From the NCBI GenBank assembly GCA_016195965.1, contig JACPYR010000027.1, positions 513 to 64,512 of the forward strand: 64,000 nt of DNA. The letters are read 5' to 3'. The position numbers were made by a program, and so were the translations under genes. Origin of the DNA: Nitrosomonadales bacterium. GTDB lineage: Bacteria > Pseudomonadota > Gammaproteobacteria > Burkholderiales > Gallionellaceae. Below are positions 26,144-36,112 of the stretch, piece after piece. Within the stretch, counting starts at the first letter, position 1; each line of letters opens with the position of its first letter. A model generated the notes under the pieces. That model saw only the letters and a list, made by a program, of their open reading frames with translations. It did not search any database and was not told where the DNA came from.

Positions 26144-26580
26144 GGAGTCACTCCAAGGGCGGAGGTGATTTCTTGCTGCATATTTCCGGCAGTTTGCGGG
26201 AAGCCCAGAATCTTGATCAGGTCGCCATGGGCATTGAACAAGGCCAGCGACACTTGCGGAGCATTATTGGCTTTCATGAAGGCACTGCCCTCGGGCGTGT
26301 TGGGTTCGGTCAGCAGGAACTCTATCTTGCCGCCATATCCGCCTCTCACCTCGTCGAGTACCTGCATCAAGCCGATACTTTCGGGTGAATTTTTGTTGTG
26401 CACCAATACCACGGCGGCTTTACCCTTGCCGATACGCGATAAGTCATCGCTGTATCCGCGCGGCAAATTCATTGCAGCAGCAGCGGCGATCAAAAGCAGG
26501 ATGCCGCCCACAACCCATTTGATTTTGCCGGGGCGTTTTGCCGGGGTAGCGGTTTGAGTGTCATTATCGGCTTGAGTCAT
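26140..26580 (-). CDS. Membrane-anchored thioredoxin-like hypothetical protein without CxxC
   Basis: RBS AGGAG and ATG 26580; one TM helix, then an alpha/beta domain. The fold call is inference. Confidence 0.55.
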   Translation of the reverse strand: MTQADNDTQTATPAKRPGKIKWVVGGILLLIAAAAAMNLPRGYSDDLSRIGKGKAAVVLVHNKNSPESIGLMQVLDEVRGGYGGKIEFLLTEPNTPEGSAFMKANNAPQVSLALFNAHGDLIKILGFPQTAGNMQQEITSALGVTP

Positions 26581-26599
26581 GATTTTCTCCTGACGAAGG

Positions 26600-27091
26600 T
26601 TACAAATTTGGCAACGTTGTTGCGGCGATTTGCTCGGCCTGCTTTTTGCGGTAAGCGGCGAGTTTGTCCGCCAGAGCGCTATCGTGCAACGCCAGCATGG
26701 ATACCGCGAACAAGCCGGCATTGGCGGCACCCGCCTCGCCGATCGCGAAAGTGGCGACCGGGATGCCCTTGGGCATCTGCACGATAGACAGCAGCGAATC
26801 CATACCCTTCAGGTATTTGGAAGGGATGGGCACACCCAGCACCGGCAGCGTGGTTTTGCCGGCAATCACGCCGGCCAGATGCGCAGCGCCTCCCGCCCCC
26901 GCGATGAAACACTGCGCACCTTGCGCGCTTATTTCCTTGATGTAGTCGAACAGCAGGTCGGGCGAGCGATGCGCAGAAATCACGCGCGCATCATAGGCCA
27001 CGCCGAAATCTTTCAAAGCTTGGGCGGCCTGCTGCATGATGTCCCAGTCATTGGCACTGCCCATCACGATCGAAACCAAAGGTTTGGACAT
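26600..27091 (-). CDS. purE: N5-CAIR mutase
   Basis: IVMGSAND, SAHRSP, IAGAGGAAHLAG, DSLLSIVQMP.G.PVATFAIG. Confidence 0.98.
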   Translation of the reverse strand: MSKPLVSIVMGSANDWDIMQQAAQALKDFGVAYDARVISAHRSPDLLFDYIKEISAQGAQCFIAGAGGAAHLAGVIAGKTTLPVLGVPIPSKYLKGMDSLLSIVQMPKGIPVATFAIGEAGAANAGLFAVSMLALHDSALADKLAAYRKKQAEQIAATTLPNL

Positions 27092-27178
27092 AATTATTCC
27101 TGTTAAAAAGGTACTCCATTCACGTTTGGGCGGGAATCCGGTTAAACAACTGGACTCCCGCTTTCACCTGAGCGGCAA

Positions 27179-28180
27179 CTAAGCTCCCTTGTGGTAACCC
27201 ACCACGCGTTCGACCTCGTTCTTCGAGCCCAGGATTACCGGCACGCGCTGGTGCAAGCCGGTGGGCTTCAATTCCATGATGCGCTCACGACCGGTGGAGC
27301 TGGCGCCGCCCGCCTGTTCGACGATGAACGACATCGGATTGGCTTCGTACATCAAACGGAGTTTGCCTGGCTTGGTCGGATCCTTGGTGTCGAACGGATA
27401 CATGAAAATGCCGCCACGGGTCAGGATGCGGTGTACTTCGGCCACCATAGAGGCGACCCAGCGCATGTTGAAATTCTTCTCGCGACCGCCGTCCTTGCCT
27501 TTGACGCACTCATCGATGTAACGCTGCACCGGCTTTTCCCAGAAACGCTGGTTGGACATGTTGATCGCGAATTCGGCGGTATCCGCCGGAATTCTCATAT
27601 TGGGATGAGTCAGGAAAAATTCGCCCACGTCGCGGTCCAGCGTGAAGCCGTTCACACCGTGGCCTGTCGTCAACACCATCATGGTGTTCGGGCCGTACAG
27701 CGCATAGCCTGCGCAGATTTGCTTGGTGCCGGGTTGCATGAAGTCTGCGGCAGTCGGATTGGTTACGCCTTCAGGGCAGCGCAGGATCGAGAAAATGGTG
27801 CCGACGGAGATGTTCACGTCGATGTTGGATGAGCCGTCCAGCGGATCGAAGGTGATCAGGTATTTACCCTTGGGGTATTTGGCCGGGATCGGGTAGATGT
27901 CGTCCATCTCTTCCGATGCCATCGCAGCCAGGTGGCCGCTCCATTCGTTGGCCTTGATGAAAACATCGTTGGTGATGACATCCAGCTTCTTCTGGGTTTC
28001 ACCCTGAATGTTTTCACTGTCCGCACTGCCCAGCACACCGATCAGCGCGCCCTTGTTCACGTCGTGCGCAATCTGTTTGCAGGCGGAGATAACGTCGCTC
28101 AGCAGACCGGTAAAATCGCCGCTCGCACCCGGGATTGTGCGTTGTTCTTCAATGATGAATTGGATCAGGCTCTTGCTCAT
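27179..28180 (-). CDS. fbp: Class 1 fructose-1,6-bisphosphatase
   Basis: [32 protein letters not shown]. Confidence 0.98.
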   Translation of the reverse strand: MSKSLIQFIIEEQRTIPGASGDFTGLLSDVISACKQIAHDVNKGALIGVLGSADSENIQGETQKKLDVITNDVFIKANEWSGHLAAMASEEMDDIYPIPAKYPKGKYLITFDPLDGSSNIDVNISVGTIFSILRCPEGVTNPTAADFMQPGTKQICAGYALYGPNTMMVLTTGHGVNGFTLDRDVGEFFLTHPNMRIPADTAEFAINMSNQRFWEKPVQRYIDECVKGKDGGREKNFNMRWVASMVAEVHRILTRGGIFMYPFDTKDPTKPGKLRLMYEANPMSFIVEQAGGASSTGRERIMELKPTGLHQRVPVILGSKNEVERVVGYHKGA

Positions 28181-28466
28181 GGTTATTTCCTCAACGTTTA
28201 TAAATTTATCAATCGAGCATTTTACCGCTTTTTGGCCCGGCCCTCCATGGCTATTTGGCCAGGCTGTTCCAAAGCCAATGCGCCATGTCAGGCGCGGCTC
28301 GAATTGCCGAAATTCTGGCTGGGCGATGCGAAATATCCGATCGCTTTATCCTTCGATGGCCTCAGTTATGCCGTTTGTCAGGGTTCTCGTTCCATCGGTC
28401 AGGTGGTGATGGCAAATCGTGCCGGGGTGCTCTACCATGCGCCTCAATTTTGGAACGGAGCCCACC

Positions 28467-28877
28467 ATGCAAGAAGCCGGTAGAAAAAATACAAAAGGAT
28501 ATACCCTGATTGAAATAATGATCGTGGTAGTGATCATAGGCATCATCGCCGCCGTGGCGATTCCGCAATACAAGCAATATGTGATTCGCGGCAACCGATC
28601 TGCCGCCCAGGCTTTCATGATGGATATAGCCAATCGCCAGAAGCAGTATTTGCTGGACGCCCGCGTTTACGCGCCCGATCTGACCACATTGACCATGACC
28701 GTCCCGACCAATGTTTCCAATAACTATAGCTGCTGCACGATGACGCTCAACGCCTCCGGTACTGCTCCATCGTTCACCATCACTGCAACGCCAATTGCCG
28801 GGAAGGCTCAGGCCAACGACGGCAATCTGACTCTGGATGACTTGGGCAACAAAGGGGCAACCCCCAGTAAATGGTAA
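28467..28877 (+). CDS. pilE: Type IV minor pilin, PilE-like
   Basis: GYTLIEIMIVVVIIGIIAAVAIPQY..Y..R..RS.A prepilin signal. Confidence 0.85.
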   Translation: MQEAGRKNTKGYTLIEIMIVVVIIGIIAAVAIPQYKQYVIRGNRSAAQAFMMDIANRQKQYLLDARVYAPDLTTLTMTVPTNVSNNYSCCTMTLNASGTAPSFTITATPIAGKAQANDGNLTLDDLGNKGATPSKW

Positions 28878-29440
28878 CGTCAGACAAAATGAAACCCTCA
28901 TCCACATCTGTTACCGGCTTCACATTGATCGAGTTGATGGTCGTCATCACCGTCGTGGGCATATTGGCGACGATGGCCTTGCCCAGTTTCAAGTCGCTGA
29001 CCCAAAGCCAGCAGGTGAAGAATGCCAGCTTTGAACTTTATGCGGCCCTGAGCCTGACCAGAAGCGAGGCGATCAAGCGCAACAACAGTGTCACGATTAC
29101 CCCTCAATATTGCAATGTAACCTCGCCCAGCCCGGCACACAACGAGGTCGGCTGGGTGATTGCATCGGCAAGTGGCACGATACGCAACCAGGCGCAATTG
29201 AAGGGTGTTGCTGTAAACCCTAATCCTACTATTACCATCCCTTCAACAGTTTCTTGCCCTACGCTCACAGCGGCCAGTACGCCTTGGGTTACCTATCAAC
29301 GTACCGGCAGGATAACGGGAACGGCGCCCACCTTTCTGATCGACGCCTATGGAACCACGACCCCTTATGCGAGTTGCATCAAGATCGAGCTGAGCGGCAT
29401 GCCGCGCATTTACAAACCCGCCAACGGAGTTTGCCCATGA
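28871..29440 (+). CDS. FimT/FimU (GspH-like) minor pilin
   Basis: GFTLIELMVV, ALPSF, L.LTRSEAIKRN..V. Confidence 0.9.
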   Translation: MVTSDKMKPSSTSVTGFTLIELMVVITVVGILATMALPSFKSLTQSQQVKNASFELYAALSLTRSEAIKRNNSVTITPQYCNVTSPSPAHNEVGWVIASASGTIRNQAQLKGVAVNPNPTITIPSTVSCPTLTAASTPWVTYQRTGRITGTAPTFLIDAYGTTTPYASCIKIELSGMPRIYKPANGVCP

Positions 29441-30072
29441 CACATCGCCGGAAAAGTGGCTCTCCTCAACTAACGCACTTGGGCTTCAGTCTGATCGAGG
29501 TGCTGGTGACCATCATCATCTTGATGATCGGACTGCTGGGCCTGGCCGGGCTGCAAGCTCGTGCGCTTACCTCGCAGATGGAATCCTATCAGCGCTCGCA
29601 AGCATTAATTTTGTTGAAAGACATGGCGGACCGGATCGACGCTAACCGCATCAATGCGGCCAGCTATGTGACCAGCGGCTTGGCCACCCCTTACCTCGGC
29701 ACCGACAATGCGCTTGCCGCTTGCCCGGCTTCTTCGGTGCAAGCCAAGGATTCCTGCGAATGGAATAACGCGCTGCTGGGCGCCGCCGAAGCGCAAACCA
29801 CTGGGGGGGCGCCTGTCGGCGCGATGCTAGGCGCGCGCGGTTGCGTTTTCCAGCTACAGGCACCAGCCAGCGGTATCCCTTCAGTATACCAGGTAGTGGT
29901 CTCGTGGCAGGGCTTGAACAGTACGGCTATTCCCGATAGCACAACACCTACTTCAGTATTCCAAACCTCTGCCGGGCGGTGTGCCCTGAACAAGTACACG
30001 GACAAGAACGGCCCCAATGAAGCCTTGCACCGTGTGATTTCCATGCCCATTTCCATCGCCGACCTGAATTGA
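29437..30072 (+). CDS. pilV: Type IV pilus modification protein PilV
   Basis: ATG 29437; GFSLIEVLV..I..IGLLGLAGLQ..ESYQRSQA..DMADRIDAN. Confidence 0.92.
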   Translation: MTHRRKSGSPQLTHLGFSLIEVLVTIIILMIGLLGLAGLQARALTSQMESYQRSQALILLKDMADRIDANRINAASYVTSGLATPYLGTDNALAACPASSVQAKDSCEWNNALLGAAEAQTTGGAPVGAMLGARGCVFQLQAPASGIPSVYQVVVSWQGLNSTAIPDSTTPTSVFQTSAGRCALNKYTDKNGPNEALHRVISMPISIADLN

Positions 30073-30074
30073 TC

Positions 30075-31238
30075 ATGAAACAGTCCATCGAACAATCCAC
30101 TTTTATCCAGCCACCGCAACGAGGATTTTCGCTGATCGAACTGATGATTTCGATCACGATCGGTTTGTTAATTCTGGTCACGTTGTCCACGCTGTTCATC
30201 AACCAGAGCAAGGCCAGAACCGAGCTGGACAAATCCAACCGCATGATAGATAACGGGCGTTATGCGATGGAACTGTTGTCCAGCAACCTGAGAATGGCGG
30301 GCTATTACGATACCTTCGTCCCCCGCGGTGCACCCTCGTTAATTACCGCGCTTGCCACCCCTCCCGATCCGACCGATCCGTGCGACTTAACTTTTCTAAC
30401 TAACTCCGCCTACAACTTGGATTTATTGCGCCTGCATATACAAGGAGTTAATGCCACAACCACCTCGACACCTGCCTTTTCAACAAAATGCGCAGCCGTC
30501 GCAGCCTTGGCGATCGCCGCAGGTAACGATGCTACCCCCAATCCCGGCAGTGACATATTGGTGATACGCCGTGCCAGCACGGCTACCGTTGCTGCAGCGG
30601 TGGCTGGCGACGACACGACTTATCTGCAGGTTTCCAACTGCCCGGCTGAGCTGACGAATAATAATCTTTATATGATCGCCACTACCCAGCCGTCGTCCTT
30701 CACCTTAAAGACAAAAAATTGTGCGACTTCATCCGCCACCGCGCCGTTGCGCGCAATGCTGGTGCAAGTGTATTTTGTGTCAAAAGAAAATAAAGTGGGC
30801 GACGGCATTCCCACTTTGAAACGGATAGAGCAAGACCCGACCGGCGCCTCCAGCAATTTTGTGGTCACGCCGCTGGTCGAGGGCATCGAATATATACAGA
30901 TGGATTATGGGATCGATGGTGACAGCAATGGCGATGGTGTGTCGGATCTTGCAGTCTTTGATGGCGTTGCCGATAGCTACTCTTCTACTTGTACCGCATG
31001 TACCACGAATACACTATGGACTAATTATTGGTCTAATGTCGTTTCGGTGAAGATCAATCTGTTGGCGCGTAACCAACAAAGCACCAAGGGGTGGACAGAG
31101 AATAAGACCTATAGCCTTGGCCTGGCCGGAACGGTTGCCAAGAACGACAACTTCAAACGCCACGCCTACACTCAGCTGGTTCGCTTGAATAACCCTGCGG
31201 GAAGAAGGGAAGCGCCATGTACAGCGCCATGCCGATAA
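30075..31238 (+). CDS. pilW: Type IV pilus assembly protein PilW
   Basis: GFSLIELMISITIGL, NGRYAM..LRMAGY, LVEGIEYIQMDYGID. Confidence 0.9.
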   Translation: MKQSIEQSTFIQPPQRGFSLIELMISITIGLLILVTLSTLFINQSKARTELDKSNRMIDNGRYAMELLSSNLRMAGYYDTFVPRGAPSLITALATPPDPTDPCDLTFLTNSAYNLDLLRLHIQGVNATTTSTPAFSTKCAAVAALAIAAGNDATPNPGSDILVIRRASTATVAAAVAGDDTTYLQVSNCPAELTNNNLYMIATTQPSSFTLKTKNCATSSATAPLRAMLVQVYFVSKENKVGDGIPTLKRIEQDPTGASSNFVVTPLVEGIEYIQMDYGIDGDSNGDGVSDLAVFDGVADSYSSTCTACTTNTLWTNYWSNVVSVKINLLARNQQSTKGWTENKTYSLGLAGTVAKNDNFKRHAYTQLVRLNNPAGRREAPCTAPCR

Positions 31239-31273
31239 GATTGCCGATATCTCGCCGCACTGAGGCACTCAAC

Positions 31274-31816
31274 ATGAATCCGATCAAAGCACAGCGCGGC
31301 AGTACCTTGCTGGTCGCGCTGATCATGTTGGTGCTGCTGACCCTGATTGCGGTGTCGGCAATCAACAGCACGACGAACAGCATCCAAATCGTGGGCAATG
31401 CGCAATTTCGCGACGAGGCCCGTTCCATTTCACAGCAGGCCATAGAAATGGTGATTAGCAGCGACTTCACACCCAGCCCGGCTGCTTCGTCAATTGCCGT
31501 GGACATCAACAAGGATGGCCGTATTGATTACACGGCTAATGTCTCTGCGCCCGCTTGCACCGGTTCCGCTCCGTTGCTGAACTCTAGTCTGGATAGAACA
31601 AATCCGCTTGATCAGCCCTGTTTTAGCAGTAGCGCTGCAGGTCAAACAGGAATCATGTATGTCTCGGGTGTGCCGGCCACCACGGGGACTTCGTGGTGTC
31701 TACTGCAACAGTGGGACATCTGGGCAACGGTCAACGACAGTAGTTCCACTGGCGCAAAAGTGGATGTACATCAAGGGGTGGGCATGCGTGTACCCGCCGG
31801 AACGATGTGCAACTGA
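31274..31816 (+). CDS. pilX: Type IV pilus assembly protein PilX
   Basis: QRGSTLLVALIMLVLLTLIAVSA (no Glu5), ..GNAQ. Confidence 0.88.
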   Translation: MNPIKAQRGSTLLVALIMLVLLTLIAVSAINSTTNSIQIVGNAQFRDEARSISQQAIEMVISSDFTPSPAASSIAVDINKDGRIDYTANVSAPACTGSAPLLNSSLDRTNPLDQPCFSSSAAGQTGIMYVSGVPATTGTSWCLLQQWDIWATVNDSSSTGAKVDVHQGVGMRVPAGTMCN

Positions 31817-31884
31817 TTCGATGTGCCATGATTTTCACCAGTACTAAATTGTTTCACCGCGTCAGCAACCAGGAGGTAGCCATC

Positions 31885-34800
31885 ATGAAAACCCTACGTC
31901 AGATACTAAGCTACACCTTCATTGTCTTGTCTATTTGTTCCATGCCAAGTCAGGCACAGGACATCGATCTGTACAGCTCCGTACCTAAAGTGACCGGCTC
32001 GGATCTGCCCAATATTTTGTTCCTTCTGGATAACGCAGCCAACTGGAACGCCAACAGCAGCACCACATGCACCTATGCCGATGGCACTGGAGCACCCAGT
32101 TTAGGCACCACTACTGGCGGCATCGAGCAATGCGCGTTGGTCAATGCGATCGCGGCATTGCCGCTTCAGTCGAATGGCTCCGCGCTGGTCAACGTAGGCA
32201 TCATGTTTTATAACGCGAACGGGATGAACGCCTTGTACGGCTGCAATGCCAGCAACAATGGCGGCTGCCTGATGTATCCGCTCACCGCAATGACAGCCGC
32301 CAATAAGGCTCTTATCATCGCCAAGATCAAGGCGTTTTCTGGCACCGCCCAGCAGGCTAATAACGAAGCGACCGCACAGCTCATGCAGGAAGCATGGGCT
32401 TATTATGCCGGCAAAACCGGCATGTCGGGCACAGCTTATACCTCGACCGCACTGACCGGCTGCCAGAAGAACTACACGGTATTCATCGGCAACGCGATCA
32501 ATAATTCCGGCTCCCCCGGCGATGCCAGCGCCACGCCGGGTACTTTGCTGACCACCACGATCAATGGTAATGCAGCCTTGACTGCCACTCAGAAGACGTT
32601 GCTCAACACGACTATCCAGATACCTTCTGCCCCATACGGTACCAGCACTTTTACCTGCTCCCCCAATCCTTACACGATGGGCACACATTCCGATGTGTCC
32701 GGCCTGTATGCGGACGAATGGGCGCGCTACATGAAGGATGTCGATCTGGTCAGCGGCCTCATGCCCGGCCTTAAAACCATCACTACTTACAGCATCGGAG
32801 TGTTGAGCAGCGCCTGCAAGGCGGATTTCCCGGCGTTGCTCTCCAGCATGGCGCGTAACGGTAGCGGCAAGTACTTTGCCACCGGCAACGCAACCGAATT
32901 ACAGCAAGCCATCCTGCGGATATTCAACGAAGTGCAGGCCGTCAACAGCGTGTTCGCATCGTCCAGCCTGCCGGTCAGCGTGAACGCACAGGGTACTTAC
33001 CTGAACCAGATTTACATGGGGATGTTCCGCCCGGATTCGGGCGGTCAACCCAGGTGGTATGGCAACCTCAAGCAATACCAGTTTATTTATAATTCTACGA
33101 CCAAGACCCTGCAATTGGCCGATGCCACAGGGACTCCGGCGATCAGCGCGGCGGGCACCGGATTCATGTCGCCTAATGCGGCCAGTTTCTGGAACTGTTC
33201 CAGCAGCCTGAACCCGTGGGCGGCCATCGCCCCCTATACGGTCATACCGACCTGCAGTCCTGCAGAACCTGCCATGGGTTTCTGGGCCAATCAGACCAGC
33301 GGTGTGGGCAATGCCTACGACATGCCTGACGGCGAAATGGTCGAGAAAGGCGGCTCTGCGATGGTGATGCGTCTGGCCAACCTGATCAATACCTACACAG
33401 CGCTTCCAAGCACGGCGACTAACCCGCGCAACCTGTACACCTATTGCCCGAGCGGCGCAGCTTGCGGCGGCTCCGGCACCTTGCTGTCTGCTGCCCAGTT
33501 CGATACATCGAACACCGCGATCACTGATGCGATGCTGGGTACCGGGCCGGTGACGATTAGCACTATCACCAGTGCCGCCACAGTAAATCCTAGCTCTCCA
33601 GTAGCAGGTGGCTGGGCAGCTCCATGGGGAAGCGGGGTAGCCAGTCCAACGATTTCAATAACGGCCTTAGCTAAATCAGGCAGTACTGTGACGGCAACCG
33701 TTACCCCTGCATCTGATGTAGCAGCGAAACTGGCTGTTGGTACCCAGCTTAAAATTACGACAGGCGCTGCAAAATATGATTGCAATCCCTGTATCGTTAC
33801 GGCGATAAATACTCCTAGCACAGGAACATTTACCTACGCCAACAGCGGGGGTGCTGGAACTCCAACCTTGCCATCTACGGCATCAATTTACTCTAACTAT
33901 GTTGAGTTTTATAGCCCAACCGTTCACGGCCTGTTGGCTGGACAGACCGTGACTATCTCTGGTTGTACTTTGCAACCAACACTGAATGGCACAATAGGAG
34001 CGGTGAGTTCGCAGTGGATGGGAACAACCTGGTTTGTCGTCGGCGTAGCTACACCTATCACATGGGCAGGATTTGACACAGCATGTCAATACACTCCGAA
34101 TACCGCGACCGTCACGACTTCGTCGGCTCATAATTTATCTAATGGCTCGGCGGTCACAGTTGCGGGTGCAAGTCCGGTGGGGTACAACGGTACATGGACC
34201 ATTAGCGTGACAGGCACGTCTACCTTTACCTATCAATATACAGTTGCCGCGCCACTAGCGAATTTCGCTGCGGCGGGAGCCACAGTTACCAGTACCTCCA
34301 CTACTCGAGATGCCCTCACACGCTGGGTGCGCGGTGAAGACAACTACGGCGACGAACAGAGCCTGTGCCCTCCTGGCACCGTTGCCGGAACCGGCAACTG
34401 CCCCAGTACTGCGGTCAACATCCGCCCTTCGGTACACGGCGACGTACTGCACTCCCGTCCGGTGGTAATCAACTACGGTGGATCTACCGGTGTGGTGGTT
34501 TTCTATGGAGCTAACGATGGTGTATACCGCGCGATCAATGGCAATCAGACCAACCCTGCGGGCACCACGCTGCCTGCACCCGGCGGCGAATTGTGGGGCT
34601 TCATTCCTACAGAGTTTTACAGCACGTTGAAGCGGCTGCACGATAACAGCCCGATTATTCTCGGGCCTTCCACGCTGCCAGGCATAGTCCCTCCGCCGCA
34701 GCTAAAGGACTATTTCGCCGATGGTCCGACCGGACTGTATCAATTGATCAAATCGGATGGCACGACCCAGACGGCTTACATCTATCTCGCGATGCGCCGT

Positions 34801-36012
34801 GGCGGACGCTTCATCTACGCACTGGATGTGTCGGTGCCCACCGCTCCGAAATTCCTGTGGAAGCACAGCAATGCGGATACCGGTTTTAGCGAGCTTGGCC
34901 AGACCTGGTCGCAACCCAAGGTGGCGATGGTCAAGGGTTATGCCAACCCGGTGCTGATTTTCGCCGGTGGCTATGATCCGGCCGAGGACACCGACCCGCC
35001 CACAACAGCCGACACGATGGGACGAGGTATCTTCGTCTTGGATGCGGCGAGCGGCGCCTTGATATGGAAGGCTGCTTATGGAGCCGCGTTGTCGTGCCCC
35101 AGCGCCACGGCAGCCTGCACCTTGCCCGCGATGCAATACAGCATCCCGTCGGACATCACCCTGATAGATCATGATAACGATGGCAAAATCGACCGACTGT
35201 ATGTGGGTGACACTGGCGGCAACGTCTGGCGTGTAGACCTTGAGCCTACCGCAGGCACTGCACCTGCTAATTGGCAAGTCGAAAAGCTCGCCGCACTGGG
35301 CTGTAGCACTGGCGCATGTACCTTAGGTACGGTCCCGCGCAAAATCATGTATCCGCCCGAAGTGATCTCGGTGACCGGCTATGATGCGGTGTTTACCGGC
35401 ACTGGTGATCGCGAACATCCGCTCTACAACTCGGCCGCTAACTCGGCGTGCGGAGTAACGAACCGGCTGTATATGCTGAAAGATACCAAAACCGGCAAGG
35501 ATGGCAGCGCGCTGACCACGATTACGGAAACGCCTGGCTCAGCCTCACCATTCAATTTGTTCAACGCCAGCGCCACCCCTTACGACGGTTCGCTCAGCGG
35601 CTATTATGTCAATCTGGGCGCGTGCGAGAAGGTCGTAAATGCACCGCTTGCGGTGGCGGGATTTGTCTACTTCGGCGCAAATCAGGCCGAAGCGCCTAAA
35701 CCCAATAAATGCGAAGAGCCGTTAGGAGAATCCGCATCCTACAAACTTGCTCCCTTCTCCGGGACTGTTACAGAAACTGAATGGGAGTCTGGCGGGTTGC
35801 CCCCATCACCTGTGGCGGGCGTAGTCAACGTCGTCGATTCGGTGACGGGCAAGACTGTGCAGGTGCCGTTCTGTATCGGCTGTGGCTCGGGTGCGGATGA
35901 TGGCAAGGGAGTCTCCAGCACCTGCGATGCCTCAGCATTGGCGGCTTGCCGACCGGTCATCAATGTATCCACCAGCCGTAGCAGGACTTACTGGTATATG
36001 AATACCGATTAA
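31885..36012 (+). CDS. pilY1: PilY1/PilC type IV pilus tip adhesin
   Basis: RBS AGGAGG and signal peptide; vWA-like PNILFLLDN; WYGNLKQY, GDVLHSRP, YGANDG, GQTWSQP; Ca-binding loop DHDNDGKID. Confidence 0.93.
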   Translation: MKTLRQILSYTFIVLSICSMPSQAQDIDLYSSVPKVTGSDLPNILFLLDNAANWNANSSTTCTYADGTGAPSLGTTTGGIEQCALVNAIAALPLQSNGSALVNVGIMFYNANGMNALYGCNASNNGGCLMYPLTAMTAANKALIIAKIKAFSGTAQQANNEATAQLMQEAWAYYAGKTGMSGTAYTSTALTGCQKNYTVFIGNAINNSGSPGDASATPGTLLTTTINGNAALTATQKTLLNTTIQIPSAPYGTSTFTCSPNPYTMGTHSDVSGLYADEWARYMKDVDLVSGLMPGLKTITTYSIGVLSSACKADFPALLSSMARNGSGKYFATGNATELQQAILRIFNEVQAVNSVFASSSLPVSVNAQGTYLNQIYMGMFRPDSGGQPRWYGNLKQYQFIYNSTTKTLQLADATGTPAISAAGTGFMSPNAASFWNCSSSLNPWAAIAPYTVIPTCSPAEPAMGFWANQTSGVGNAYDMPDGEMVEKGGSAMVMRLANLINTYTALPSTATNPRNLYTYCPSGAACGGSGTLLSAAQFDTSNTAITDAMLGTGPVTISTITSAATVNPSSPVAGGWAAPWGSGVASPTISITALAKSGSTVTATVTPASDVAAKLAVGTQLKITTGAAKYDCNPCIVTAINTPSTGTFTYANSGGAGTPTLPSTASIYSNYVEFYSPTVHGLLAGQTVTISGCTLQPTLNGTIGAVSSQWMGTTWFVVGVATPITWAGFDTACQYTPNTATVTTSSAHNLSNGSAVTVAGASPVGYNGTWTISVTGTSTFTYQYTVAAPLANFAAAGATVTSTSTTRDALTRWVRGEDNYGDEQSLCPPGTVAGTGNCPSTAVNIRPSVHGDVLHSRPVVINYGGSTGVVVFYGANDGVYRAINGNQTNPAGTTLPAPGGELWGFIPTEFYSTLKRLHDNSPIILGPSTLPGIVPPPQLKDYFADGPTGLYQLIKSDGTTQTAYIYLAMRRGGRFIYALDVSVPTAPKFLWKHSNADTGFSELGQTWSQPKVAMVKGYANPVLIFAGGYDPAEDTDPPTTADTMGRGIFVLDAASGALIWKAAYGAALSCPSATAACTLPAMQYSIPSDITLIDHDNDGKIDRLYVGDTGGNVWRVDLEPTAGTAPANWQVEKLAALGCSTGACTLGTVPRKIMYPPEVISVTGYDAVFTGTGDREHPLYNSAANSACGVTNRLYMLKDTKTGKDGSALTTITETPGSASPFNLFNASATPYDGSLSGYYVNLGACEKVVNAPLAVAGFVYFGANQAEAPKPNKCEEPLGESASYKLAPFSGTVTETEWESGGLPPSPVAGVVNVVDSVTGKTVQVPFCIGCGSGADDGKGVSSTCDASALAACRPVINVSTSRSRTYWYMNTD

Positions 36013-36058
36013 CGCCGTATACTATTGGGCCAAGGGCTTCCCGTAACGAGGCTCTTTA

Positions 36059-36092
36059 AAAGACAAAGCGACCTTTTGGTCGCTTTGTCTTT
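36059..36092. terminator. Bidirectional intrinsic terminator between pilY1 and fba
   Basis: AAAGACAAAGCGACC-TTTT-GGTCGCTTTGTCTTT, a perfect 15-bp stem between convergent genes. Confidence 0.85.
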
Positions 36093-36112
36093 GCAGCAAG
36101 AAATGACTTGGT

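Noticed and set aside
28400-28440. Sigma54 promoter for the pilin operon (TGGCAAAT...)
   Set aside because: The GG-N10-GC spacing is not met.
29254-31885. Long N-terminal extensions of pilV, pilX and pilY1 (also dgkA, GT9, BNR protein) in the ORF track
   Set aside because: Downstream starts have an RBS, a gene overlap or a signal peptide right after them; the extensions overlap upstream genes or repeats.
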